Shown here in pieces: positions 42,332 to 56,215 of a stretch of DNA of 64,000 bases. Numbering within the stretch: the stretch's first letter is position 1; every line of letters begins with the position of its first letter. The notes under the pieces are model-generated. The model was not told where the DNA came from and ran no database searches. It was given only the letters and a program-made list of their open reading frames with translations. The stretch comes from Eledone cirrhosa. Its lineage: Eukaryota. A program made the translations under genes and the position numbers. Location of the stretch: contig OZ024742.1 of assembly GCA_964016885.1 (NCBI GenBank), positions 155,372,001 to 155,436,000 on the forward strand. Reading direction: 5' to 3'.

Positions 42332-42492
42332 AGTTTCCTTCTGTATCAACGTATCAAGATTTGAACTAATCTATTTCTTTATTGTACTAAGTTGTCTTCC
42401 TTGATGTTCTGTTCCTTTTTCACAAATGCATACACACACAAATATATATATTATTGGCAGCATGACCCTCCCAAAGTATAACAATATATATA

Positions 42493-42556
<64 letters not shown>

Positions 42557-42559
<3 letters not shown>

Positions 42560-43340
42560 ATAATAATAAATTTAAAGACTAAAATCCAAAGAGGGCTCGT
42601 TAAGGATAAATATATATCAAATATATAAGAACCGTAGAGCAAATATTTATTAAAATAAGATATTAAAGTTTAAGCAAAGAATCGCTGCTTTCACCCTTAA
42701 CGGGATCTTCTGAAACTAACAAAGTCAATCTGTAAACACAGAAGTGGATATTTCAAAAAACGTTGCAACCGGAGGAAGACAGGAAGACGATACTTTGGTT
42801 CGTGGAAACGTTCGCTATGCAAATAAGTAATGGTATAAACAAAACATACTTAGCTCCCACATCAAGACGTAAAATATCCACGTATAAACCGTACTATCCG
42901 TTAGGGTATAACGTGGGGCTGTGATATAGGAAAGTTTTGTGCAATTTATGTTTACAAGCCGAAATTGCCTCAGAATTTTTGTTTAAGATGTGGTCTGTGG
43001 CGTAGAGTATTTCCAGGGCCTCAGCGGCGCAGAGGTCACATGGTCTTTTATTTCCGTTATACGATCTAGCCCTAGCTAGGATCTCCCAGCGTAACTTATA
43101 TTGTGTGTGGTTGTCTTTTAGACTCCAGATATAAGCTGTAAGTGACGTCACATTCCTTCTTAGAGGTTAACGAAAATAATGGGTATGCATGTAAAGACGC
43201 TGCTTGAATCTATTGGCGGTTAACCCTATGTAGGCCCTACGGGACGTGGGTGTTACAACCTTACATTTGTAGACAATGTTACTAGAGAGGCATTTCTCGG
43301 ATAGGGGTCAATCAACAGAGATTCCTACAATTACAGTTAC
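42557..43340 (-). mobile_element. Naiad-like Penelope 3' fragment (GIY-YIG), intron-less copy
   Basis: CNCR...CLSSNIVYKCKV...YIGLT...TSLTAYIWSLK...CDLCAAE...LNKNSEAISACKHK; 3' UTR ends at (TA)n; clade name tentative. Confidence 0.85.
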
Positions 43341-43397
43341 ACATATATTTATGCGCGTGTGTATATGTGAGGCGTATGAGTGAATATGTGTGTGTGT

Positions 43398-43398
43398 T

Positions 43399-43461
<63 letters not shown>

Positions 43462-43515
43462 AAGCAGCAGTAGTAGTAATAGTAGTAGCAGTAGTTTAGT
43501 TGTAGTAGTAGTAGT
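43398..43515. repeat. (TAG)n trinucleotide microsatellite
   Basis: Direct reading. Confidence 0.95.
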
Positions 43516-44619
43516 ATCGTCAACGTTAAATCGCTGATATTTACCATTATAATAACGAATGCAGTACGAAACGCCCGGGCTTAAGCATGGTAATAAATAT
43601 CATGTGACAATGCGTGGAGCAATCATATGAAAGCAGTGGCTTAACAGTTTCTGGGGTTTGTATGTGTAACCCTGTAGCATTAGATTTCAATTCGATGTTT
43701 CTACTATATATCGGTTAGAGAATCAAGTGATTCATTTATCAATAGTTTGTAAGAAACATACTGGCCTCAAACGAATATTCTGGAAGCTAAGCGCTTGGCC
43801 ACTCTTGGAAAATTAAGTCGCTGTTCAAACAAAAAAAGATCGATAATGACTGATTGTATTATTAGAAGTGTACATGGAATATTGTTCTTCAAATATTTAT
43901 CATTCACATTCTAACACAATCTACCGCTCTGTAAGAACATTGAACATTGATTACTAGTTTGGTGTAAGCGACAGCTTGTGTTATGCAACAGAATCTAAAG
44001 TCCGCATTGAAGAACGTTTTGCAAACTTGTCAATAAACAGCACCTTTCAAACATAGCAGATCATGAAGCAACTTAAACAGAATAGGCATTGATGCAAATC
44101 GCTTAATCTTATGCATGCAGAACTGTTTGAAGAGAGATATAGAGGGAGGAGGAAGAAAATGATACAAATTAAATGAGAGAATGATGAAGTTAGAAAGGGC
44201 ATTAGAGAGAGAAATTATTCGCTTCAGTTCAGTTAATAAATTATTAATCTCTCCACCAACCAAAGATGACTAAATTCACAAAGCAGATGGTAAATGAAGC
44301 CGATACTGATCAATAGAATTGTATAGGCGCATAAATGATGGAAATTATTGAGTAAATATGAAATAGTTCTATAAGTTTGTATGCTCTGAGTATATTTTAG
44401 TTGATACGATACGTTAGAAATCTTTCTTCTCCTTCTTCTTCTTCTTCTTCTTCTAATCTTAATTTATTATAATTATTACAATGACGTCAACACTAATATC
44501 GATAACATTTAACATCAGTGGGGATGAGGATTATCATTGAAAAGATGATTATGATGATGTCGACGGAATTTATAATGATGAATACGGTGATAGAGATGAT
44601 GGAGGTGTTGATGGCTATC

Positions 44620-45555
44620 CCTCACTACGATATGGTTATGAAGTGGACGAGCACCCAACTCTGTTGGAAACTTTATAGTCCCAATTGATGTTCCCGGTGG
44701 TCCTCAATGCTCTGCTATCGAATCAGTCGATCCTCTTTGACAGGGTTTTTGTAAATATTCATTTCCATGGAGTAGAACGGAGATGACCGACGCGTTGTAG
44801 ATACGGAGTTTCATCTTCCGGCAGATAGAGAAATGGCTCTACAGGAAGGAGAGCATAATCCAAACGAGCAGACGAAATCTGCGATTGATCTCCAGTGTCA
44901 GGTTTCCATTGTTGATGATTGATGAGCCCAGATAAATGAAAGAGCTGAGAAACTCGATAAAGTCGGGGTCAATATGAAGTTGAGGAGGATGCGAGCCATC
45001 ACATTTGACACAAGATGACCTGAAGGCCAAGCTTTGTTGATTCCTTTCGGTATATAGTACATCGTGTTGCTTAATAGCGTGGTGGTGTCTGCATACTCCA
45101 AATCGGTGAGGCGGTATTCCCCAAAGTTAATGCCAGAAAATCGCTCACAAACCTTGGACTTCAAACAGTCGATGGCACATTTGAAAAGGTAAGGTGCAAC
45201 AATGCAGATCTGCCTAACCCCGCTGTCTATAGTGAACAAGTAGATGTCCGTCTCGTTCACCTACACACAACTCTCATCAAGGTTACAGACTCCTCTTCAG
45301 AAAACACAGGGGCATCTCCCCCTCTCCATCACAAGCCAACTCTTCAGCAAGGTCCCCCTCAGTCGTGCTCTTCCCGCCATGGGATGCAGATGTCATCCGC
45401 AAAAAGCCGGATTCATGCGAACTTGATCTCCTGCGGATCACGTTTCTGCGCTCAATCACACTACTAACAGAGCTCATGAGTTCCGCAGGAATTGCCTCCG
45501 CTGTGTCAACTCCGTCGATCTCAAGGTGTCTTTCGACATGGTCGACCAGGCAACG
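44620..45555 (-). mobile_element. RTE-clade LINE relic with internal deletion
   Basis: IDSGVRQICIVAPYLF...LTDLEYAD; FIYLGSSI...EINRR; basic APE-RT linker-like stretch at 45265-45555. Confidence 0.75.
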
Positions 45556-46063
45556 CTCTGAAAAATTAAATATTTAGTCCAAAAAAATATTAAACATTTC
45601 ATGAGAAGTGTACCAAGAGGGAGATTTATATAGATTTACTGTACCAGGTTATAATCTTATTATGTTAGATTATATGAGAGACAATGATTTATGAAGTCAT
45701 TCATTTGGTTTCAAGTCCAGTTTATAGTCAAATACTTTTACTTACATAACTAATTTTAAGAATGACGGAGTGGCATATGTCTATTAAACAAGTATAATAC
45801 GTACATTCATAAGGTATGTTGACTTGATCTCTGTTTTATATATAACTTGTTAATTGATTCACGAGCTAAGTTACTTGAAGTTTTCTGAAAAGAGTGGAGT
45901 AAAAGTGTTACTGAAAAATGGCAGTATTAGTTATATCATACAATCATTATTCACAATGAACACAAATATGATGGCTCCTGAATCAGAGATAATATCAGGG
46001 AAACATTAAATATGTGTATAATATACCTGCTACTAGTTATACAGACACACACATACACACACA

Positions 46064-46104
<41 letters not shown>

Positions 46105-46124
46105 GCGCACACACACGCACACAC

Positions 46125-46209
<85 letters not shown>

Positions 46210-46299
46210 GTAAACATAACAGAGCAAAGGACTCGCGTATAATCCTGTAATTAAATTATCTCAGAGGAAATACTTTTCCTGGGCACTTTAAAATACAAT

Positions 46300-46570
46300 A
46301 TATAGAGGGGAAAGGCACAGGAGAGTGTGTTTTCTCATTACATGAATTTCGAACCTCCAGCGTCAGAAGAATATAAACTACTAGAGACATTGGTAAAACA
46401 TTAAAATTAAAAGTATAAATTGAAATGAAAAACCATCCTCAACATTTCAATTCATACTTTTAATTTTAATGTTTTATCAATGCCTCTAGTAGCCTATATC
46501 CTTCTCACGCTGGTGGTTCGAAATTCATGTAATGAGAAACACACTCTCCTGTGTCTTTCCTCTCTATATA
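46300..46570. repeat. Hairpin module, ~127-bp arms
   Basis: 46300-46427 is inverted at 46443-46570; tatata at both outer ends. Confidence 0.85.
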
Positions 46571-47188
46571 TCTTATATATATATATACGCGTGCTTGTAC
46601 ATGTATGAATATATATGTCTGTGCGTGCGTATTTCATCCGAATTAGTTCTGTAAATACAAGTACTGTACTAACAGTCATTTCATAGATGGGTGCCTAAAA
46701 AGTGCATGAGCATGAGAAAGCCAACAATACTAATATGACAGTTAGGATGTACGCTACAAAATTAAAAGGAAGTTAAATGCTCATTTGAAAGTAAAGAAAT
46801 TGAAAGCGATATTTCCATTAAGTATAACACACTTAATTGGAACCTGAATAAATTGAGTTAGTTCACTCAAGGAATGAGAAGTAACATTTTGAGAATGAAG
46901 TGATAAAAACAATAATTAAATTGAATAACAATACAACAATATTAACATCGCTTAAGAGGACAATGATGCAAACAACACAACAGAAGTCGTAATAAATTAG
47001 TGATATGTGTTGTAAGGAGGAGGAAAGAATCATAATAAAGAAAAGCCAAACGTGAGCTGGGACGAAAAATGTAACAATAAACATGAATTAACAAAGAATC
47101 GAGATATTTACACCGACACAAACATTCATAAAGACCCCTCACACTTAGACAGTTTTGTGTCACTGAATATGCATTTTTAACCGATCAA

Positions 47189-47375
47189 CGGGGATTGGCA
47201 GTACGGTAGAAAGTCGGACACCATGATTTGCAGCATAGAGTTCCGGCCCTTTACGGTCTGGGTTCATATCCCGCAGAGGTTATCTTTGCCTTTCATCCTT
47301 ACGGGGTCGATAACATAAAGCACCAGTAATATACTGGGTTCGATTTACTGGCCTTGTGCCTATACTAGAAATCAT
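47189..47375 (+). mobile_element. SINE family 2, near full length
   Basis: Colinear with 27467-27652. Confidence 0.85.
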
Positions 47376-47544
47376 TAAATCTTAAGACATGGCGGATATG
47401 AAATCTGAGAAGTTATCAAATCCCCAGTGTTAATTCCAGGCCCGGATTATCTATATGAAATATTACTATAAACGTGAAGTAGGCCCAGATTCAATTTCAT
47501 GTATTTTTGGAATGGAAACATCTCCCCTTAAACCAATTGCATAA

Positions 47545-48440
47545 ACAAGATGAACATGTTTGAGGCCTGCGGGAAATGGAGGCCGTCACTACAATATCTG
47601 GGGATCTCCTTACACACTTTTGCCGACTCAGGATGCTTATGCAAGAAATTATCCACGTGGTCCGATAATCTGTTGACAGAACAAAAAATGATCGCTACGC
47701 AGGGTTTTTCAATAGAAACTTGCAGATGGGTTGTCAATGGCGATCCTACATAATACAGAGAAACACAAAACCTTGCTGTAGCTGATAAGAACAAAGGAAC
47801 TGCTATGGCTGAGAAAATGCAGGGGAAGAAGGAAATCACAATTTGTGATTCTGCTTAGAGTAGTAAATCAACTCTTAGAACAATGTTCTGTAGGTCGGAA
47901 ATCCCCACTCAAGAGGCAGTGAACCCTCTCCTCTCGGCTACATTTACCATCTGGACTGTCATTTATGAGCAAGGGATGATTGACTCATTGAGCCATTTTT
48001 CCTCAAGGAAAATTGTGTCACCCCTACAATAATACAGGAACGCTATGTGAATGTCACGGAAGACCTCAAAACGGAGAAACATATTATTTACCCATCTCGA
48101 AAGAAAAAGCTCTGGTTCCAGCAAAATAAGGAAAGCTCTCACACATCCAATGAGTCGTGATAATGGCTTACACAACATTTGGAAAGCGTGCGATCAGTTT
48201 TAAGACAGATATTTAGTGAGCCTCACACAGAACTGATTTAAGACACCATATTCCTTTATTTATGACTCTCTGAAGGATAGAGTATATATCAACATACCCA
48301 AGACCATCACTGATTATAATCAGAACATGAGAGAGGAGATCAATGCGATGCCAGGTCCGTTTGTAAAGACATTATGCTAAACTTGAACACGCGCTTGAAA
48401 AAATACTTATATTCAAATTGAGATCACATGGAACAAGTAT
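47545..48440 (+). pseudogene. Tc1/mariner-superfamily transposase relic
   Basis: LWFQQ..SHT (WFQQDGA.H), PHRTDL (PRSPDL), SLKDRVY, PKTI...REEINA...RL...DHME; many disruptions; TIRs not resolved. Confidence 0.7.
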
Positions 48441-49764
48441 CGTATCTCTGGGCAGATATATCAATATATAATGAACTTCTGATATGTTTAATCATTTGAA
48501 CATAATGTTTCGTCAAAATGAATAATATAGACAAGAATGGAACTATTTTAGGGCGGGGGAGTCATCCGTATATGGGAGGGGATGTACATATGCATGTATG
48601 TATGTATGTATGTGTGTATGTACCTATTTTTATCAGCATGAAATACACATACATATGTTTCTAACCTAATTATATATAATACACATATACATCAATTTCT
48701 GTCTAGTTTTCTAGATTATCAATTATTGTTGTATTTGTTTGTATGTTCTTTATAATGCTGTTGTTGTAATGGGTGGTGTTCTCGGTGTAATCTTTATCAT
48801 TGGTTATTTCATTATAATTTCTTATCGTAACAGATTTACACCTTGTTTTCTCCACGATATTTCTTTTTTAACGTATTGTTATTTAATTATGATGTAAAAT
48901 TACAATTTAATGTGTTGGTAAATTGACACTTTCTGTGCTAGACTATAGCACCGATAGTTGCTCTATGAATTCACACAATACAACGTGTTGCTCCACAAAC
49001 ACACACTAATTATGCCGCTAGCACATGATGGTTTCTCTATCAGCCTTTTATACAACTAAGATATTGACCTCTGCTCAACACTACGCACCCAACACACTCT
49101 AGCAAATATGATTATCCAAATAATTAAATGTTCTAACCTAAAGCTTCATTCTTTACACCAATAAGTTAATTATAACCTACATATATATTATCCCTACAAA
49201 TATACCCGATATTTTACAACGTTAATCTAACAGACCAAGCAATACCCTCATACAAACTAAACATTTACCACAAAACTTGACTTGAATTCCAAACAGCGAT
49301 CTCTAAAACATCATCTAACCTTTCATGTCACACACGTGTACCTCAACGGCACCGAAACGCATTTAGAAGCAAATATCCCAACCATTTTCGTGGCCATGAA
49401 TACCATGCAACTAAATGTTGTATACTACTGTTCTTCTACTACATGGAGAGCATCAGCTGCAGATAATTAAATTAGAAGAGATGTTATCACGATAAATGAT
49501 ATATCTCTGCCGTCCTAAATAGTTATTTAGCCCCGATCATCTGCTAAATTCCCTCGAACCATATATGCGACCCACAGTAATGTTTGAGACATGGCTTTTA
49601 AAACAGGCACACACATTAAACGGCATCTAAACAGAGGCAGGGTATCTATCATGGAATCAGTTTTCCCCAAACACACGCATATTTCATTGTCTACTTTATT
49701 TTTTAAAGTCATTGCGTGACCTTATTGTTTAACAATTAGGTGGTGTCTTGCCACCCTAATTAAT

Positions 49765-49860
49765 AATTGTTTCTACTTTAGGCACAAGGCCAGCAATTAC
49801 CCAGTGCATTACTGGTACTTTATTTTATCGACCCCGTAAGGATGAAAGGCAAAGTCACCC
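49765..49860 (-). mobile_element. SINE family 2, 3' half
   Basis: Reverse complement of ~27562-27652. Confidence 0.8.
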
Positions 49861-50107
49861 TAATTAATAATAGACACACGATACAGTTGTCTCTTATTCA
49901 CTTAGTGCCCCAAATATGCCCAGATTCTGAACCATCTTTAACCAATACTACCAGTTTTCAATTCTCAGAATGCATACCTTCCAGTTTAAAATACAATTTA
50001 TTGAAGAAGAATGTTAACTACTAGTAGTTCTCCAAATTAGAAGCTGAGACGGTCTTGTGTGGATTACTCGATAAAGCAGAGCATACAAGAGTTTGTGAGT
50101 GCATATA

Positions 50108-50206
<99 letters not shown>

Positions 50207-50227
50207 CGAGAAGAATATAGGGGGGGG

Positions 50228-50437
<210 letters not shown>

Positions 50438-52274
50438 CCAGAAAACAGTGTGAATGAGGGATGTACGAAGTATGGATAATTTCCTACCGATTTGTAATTT
50501 AGGGCAGGAATTTTTAGAAAAAAAACATGCCAATAAATTTCGAAAGACAGATATACTCACGGGTGTAATATCTCAGCTAAAACCGTAAAGTAAGTGTTGC
50601 TTTATGAAATCTATTTCCTATAATTTACAGTTTACAATGTTCACTTGCTTGTTATATTCTCTCGTGTATTCCATGAATAAACAAGACAGCGTTTCTTCGA
50701 CTCTTTACATCAGTTTGCGTCTTCATGGCCGTCCCAGTTGAGTGATTTGATATCATTTCTTCGTTCCGTCACAGTAAATCCAGAGAGTGCGATCGATAAA
50801 ATAGCGACCTTAATTATACATGAAACGTCTTGAGTTTATAAGCTAGTGGTGGTTGAAGTCATTACCAACATTTCCATACATTCATCGCCATTGTGTCTGA
50901 ACCTTAGAAGATGCGCCTCTTAAAGTAGTGACAGTTTTATGTTATTCGCACTATGATTGGTGTGTTATATATTTATATAGGATAGTGCAAACTTGCTATC
51001 TTGAAGATAGTTTATATTACATGTTCTATATATATTTAGGTTGAAATATAAACAAAAATAAACAGCTTGCAGAAAATGATACATAGATAGTTACAGTATA
51101 GAGTGATTGACAGTTAAGCGGTACGATAGGCAGACAAATATTAAATACTCGCCTAAACAAAAACAACTTTTCAGATATAAATTGTAATAAACAATAATCA
51201 TAGCATTAACGCAAATTATGTTGTCATTCTCCCCTCATAATTCATGTTTATAAGGAATCTCAATGAAGACAATATCAGCATTTTCATTAAGCTAAGAAAA
51301 ACCAATATCTTTTAATCCACAGAATCGAAATATATGCTTTATTAGATAATCAGGTGATAGAAAAGAGAATGTGAAATATACTTTTAATCGTATTTTTCTT
51401 CGTGACACCATATCAGCTTTCTCATCTATATTATTCACGTCTCCCTATATTTGACTGTGCATTGTAGAGCCGTTTTTTAATGTTATTGGTTATTACACCA
51501 TATTTTCGTTCATGAGCACTCGTCACTGGGTCTCTCCTCTCCAGCCTACATCGTTGTAGCAACTTCATAATATATGTCGTATCTGTACTCAAAGCCTCTT
51601 ATTATGTATGTCTTGTGTCTATCGATAGGGAAACTGAAGAAATTATCATTAGCCAATTATATATAATTTATTTTGAGCGATGACATATGTCGTAGCCTCA
51701 GGTATGGTCTGAACTGGTCGTAATGTGCCTAGTTTTTTGTTCCTTGCAAGTTGTTTGTTTGTTGTATTGTTCTATTGAACCTAAATATGTGAATTATTCC
51801 AGTTGGAGATTTTCTCTTCTAAACTCTCAAAATCCGAGGTCAATCGCTATGATAATTTGACAAACGGAATAATTGTTTGTTTTGGCGTGACTTCCGTTTG
51901 AATTTTATATGCGAGAGAGAGGAGAACGAGAGAGGGTGTGTGTGTGTGTGTGATTGTGCGTGCGTGTTACTTGCTGTCTGGCTGGGTGTCTAGGTGTATG
52001 GGAGAGTGAGAGAGATAAATAAGAAGTGCGAAAGCGAACAATATACATACATCTTCATTCCGGGTGTGTTACGAAATCTGCAACATAAAACATAATAGAA
52101 ACATACATTTTAAAGGTGCAATGTTACATATACACACACACACACGCACACACAACACACACACACACAAACACACACATACACGCACACACACACACAC
52201 ACACACATATATATGTATGAACAGAGAGAGAAAATGTGAGAGACTGACTGTTAGTAGGATATATATTGTTTTAA

Positions 52275-52493
52275 AGGACGATCGAGTTTCGTCAAATCGG
52301 ACCGAGGGAACAATGTTTCCGTTGGTCTTTCCAATTGCTAATACTATCTATCGGTCGCAACTCCAGGTAGAAGGAGCAACGTGAAATAAAGTGTCTTGCT
52401 CAAGGACATAACGCATCGCCTGGTCCAGGAATCGAACTCACAACCTTACGATTGCGAATCCAATTCTCTAACTACTCCGCCACACGCCTTCAC
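52275..52493 (-). mobile_element. tRNA-derived SINE family 1
   Basis: Minus strand: tggcggagtagttag A-box, gagttcgattcc B-box, gtccttgagcaagacacttt core. Confidence 0.85.
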
Positions 52494-52503
52494 AAGGATA
52501 TAT

Positions 52504-52610
<107 letters not shown>

Positions 52611-52634
52611 AATACACATATATATATATATATA

Positions 52635-52700
52635 TTGCATGTTGGTGTTTCGAATTAACAAACATATGCCTGAATATACATATATATGAAGATAAATGAA

Positions 52701-52793
<93 letters not shown>

Positions 52794-52878
52794 ATATATA
52801 TATATATAGGGAAATGTATGACCCCGACGGCAGGGCTGAAGCCTTTTCGACGGCTATTTATATATATATGTATGTATA

Positions 52879-52920
<42 letters not shown>

Positions 52921-52985
52921 AATAGTCGTCGAAAAGGCTTCAGCCCTGCCGTCGGGGTCATACATTTTCCTATATATATATATAT

Positions 52986-53062
<77 letters not shown>

Positions 53063-53128
53063 TTCATTTATCTTCGTATATATGTATATTCAGGCATATG
53101 TTTGTTAATACGAAACACCAACATGCAA
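52635..53128. repeat. (TA)n-centred palindrome with composite arms
   Basis: Each arm = unique module + (CT)n + (TA)n + family-B fragment; mirrored around TA tract 52860-52920. Confidence 0.85.
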
Positions 53129-53517
53129 CAGTTTGTGAATATACCGATGAATGGGATATATTAAAACGTTGAACGCAATGGGAGGTTAATAAATGAAAGG
53201 AAAACTATATTGAATTGAAAAGATCTCTGAAAGTGGAGCTTGCATTTTCCACTTACACGCTTTCTTAGCATCACTATTTCTGCAGATGTTGAAGAAAATT
53301 ATGTGTGTGAAAACATGTCGGTTTACATTCAAACTTTTATGGGATAAGTGGAATTTTGTTCTAAAAAATTGTATTCGTGATTTTAAGTTGTACACTCTTT
53401 CCAAACCGAAATGAATGGTAGTTGTTTCCAGTATTTGACTACATCTCCCCGAAGATGACAATACTATTCATGTAACTCAAAATATATTTATATATGTTTA
53501 GGCACCATTACACTAAC

Positions 53518-53693
<176 letters not shown>

Positions 53694-53696
53694 ATA

Positions 53697-54262
<566 letters not shown>

Positions 54263-54297
54263 AAAAAAATAGAAGTGTGACACACGAGTTGTAATAT

Positions 54298-54787
54298 ATT
54301 AGTAAACAGGAAAAGTAAATGCTGAATAAGTTTTCCCAGTGAAAAATAGTTTAATTAGCAGTAAGTATAAATTAATAAGTACTCGTTAATATTCAGTTTT
54401 AGCATTAAGTTTTTACCGGTTGCACATTTCTAATGCTTTTCAAATATAATTTTGAGATAGAGCGTACGTGATGTTTGCTCTCATCTGATCAGTTTTGGAA
54501 ATTATTCCTGTTTTATGTCAAAAAAGTGGCTCCAAAGGTATTAAGAGTTGCTTGGTTATTGAATGTCACGTGAACAAGAACCTTAAAATCGCGCCAATTC
54601 GTGTTGCAAAAATTCTTGTAATCAACACAATTTTGATTGGTCGGTAGAGGTCACGTGAATATTAAACATTGATTTTAGCGCGAGCTGGTTTGGCGCCAAA
54701 TGTAGTTCTGTCGAAGAGTGTTCTTTTTCGCTTGATTGTGTTGCAGTCATTATGAGAAGTCACTGAAAAACGTGTCTATTAAGACAA

Positions 54788-54860
<73 letters not shown>

Positions 54861-55290
54861 TGTGTGTATGTAGTAAAGAGGTTCATTGTTGTGATAATGG
54901 TCAGTAGGGATGTGTGTGTGAGTTGCGCTCTACCTCAAAATTATTTTTGAAAAGCATCGGAAATGCGCAACCGGTAATAACTTAAAACTAAAACTGAATA
55001 CCCACCAATACTTATAACTAATTTATACTTATTCCTAATTAAACTATTTTTCACTGGGAAACATCTATAAATTAGTTATAAGTATTGGTGGGTATTCAGT
55101 TTTAGTTTTAAGTTTTTACCGGTTGCGCATTACCGAGGCTTTTCAAAAATTATTTTGAGGTAGAGCGCAACTCACACACACTTCCCTACTGACCATTATC
55201 ACAACAATGAACCTCTTTACTACACACACACGCACACACACGCACACACAAACACACACATAAACACACACAGACACACACACACACATC

Positions 55291-55367
<77 letters not shown>

Positions 55368-55487
55368 ACACACACACACACATTTGTCTTAATAGACACG
55401 TTTTTCAGTGACTTCTCAAAATGACTGCAACACAATCAAGCGAAAAAGGACACTCTTCAACAAAACTACATTTGGCGCCAAACCAGT
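54298..55487. repeat. Family C multi-arm inverted complex with embedded (TG)n/(CA)n
   Basis: 54684-55027 is inverted at 55066-55487; 54298-54465 is inverted relative to 54925-55063. Confidence 0.8.
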
Positions 55488-55503
55488 TCAAATGTATTAT
55501 TAT

Positions 55504-55544
<41 letters not shown>

Positions 55545-55612
55545 AAAAAATGGGGAGAAGAATACTGCATGGTTGCACATGGATAACATGTTATAAAATG
55601 AGTCCCTCATCA

Positions 55613-55672
<60 letters not shown>

Positions 55673-55676
<4 letters not shown>

Positions 55677-56057
55677 ATGGAAGTTTAGTAAAATCTAAGC
55701 TCCGGCTGCAGCCAAGCCAACGAGACACAAAGAAGAATTGTGCAGCCAAGCAATCGATGAGGAATCTCAAAGTAATAACATTAGTTAGACGGCATGGCAA
55801 ATTGAAAACTGTGGCAGGCAAATCCAACAACGACACCGAAGCAACGAAATTTATATTTATATATATATATATAACCTGTTGGTTTGCTCGTTGCTTCGGT
55901 GTCGTTGTCGGGTTTGCCTGCCACAGTTTTCAATTTGCGATGCCGTCTAACTAATGTTATTACTCTGAGATTCCTCATCGATTGCTTGGCTGCACAATTC
56001 CTCATTGTGTCTCGTTGGCTTGGCTGCAGCCGAAGCTTAGTTTTACTAAACTTCCAT

Positions 56058-56061
<4 letters not shown>
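55673..56061. repeat. Hairpin with ~175-bp arms and a TA-containing spacer
   Basis: 55673-55847 is inverted at 55889-56061; TA tracts outside. Confidence 0.85.
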
Positions 56062-56099
<38 letters not shown>

Positions 56100-56144
56100 G
56101 AGAGGTATAGAGATTGTTTTAGTAAGAAGCTAACGGCATTCTAT

Positions 56145-56212
<68 letters not shown>

Positions 56213-56215
<3 letters not shown>

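Noticed and set aside
46300-46570. MITE interpretation of the hairpin modules
   Set aside because: Where several copies exist, arm lengths and inversion points differ, and some arms are 3' ends of Penelope elements; a MITE origin cannot be fully excluded for single-copy hairpins such as this one
51880-52060. Promoter-like stretch with ACTTCCG and GA/GT repeats
   Set aside because: A single short motif with no associated exon; cannot be supported from sequence alone
52400-52493. tRNA gene
   Set aside because: A/B boxes belong to a SINE head continuous with the SINE body; no complete cloverleaf
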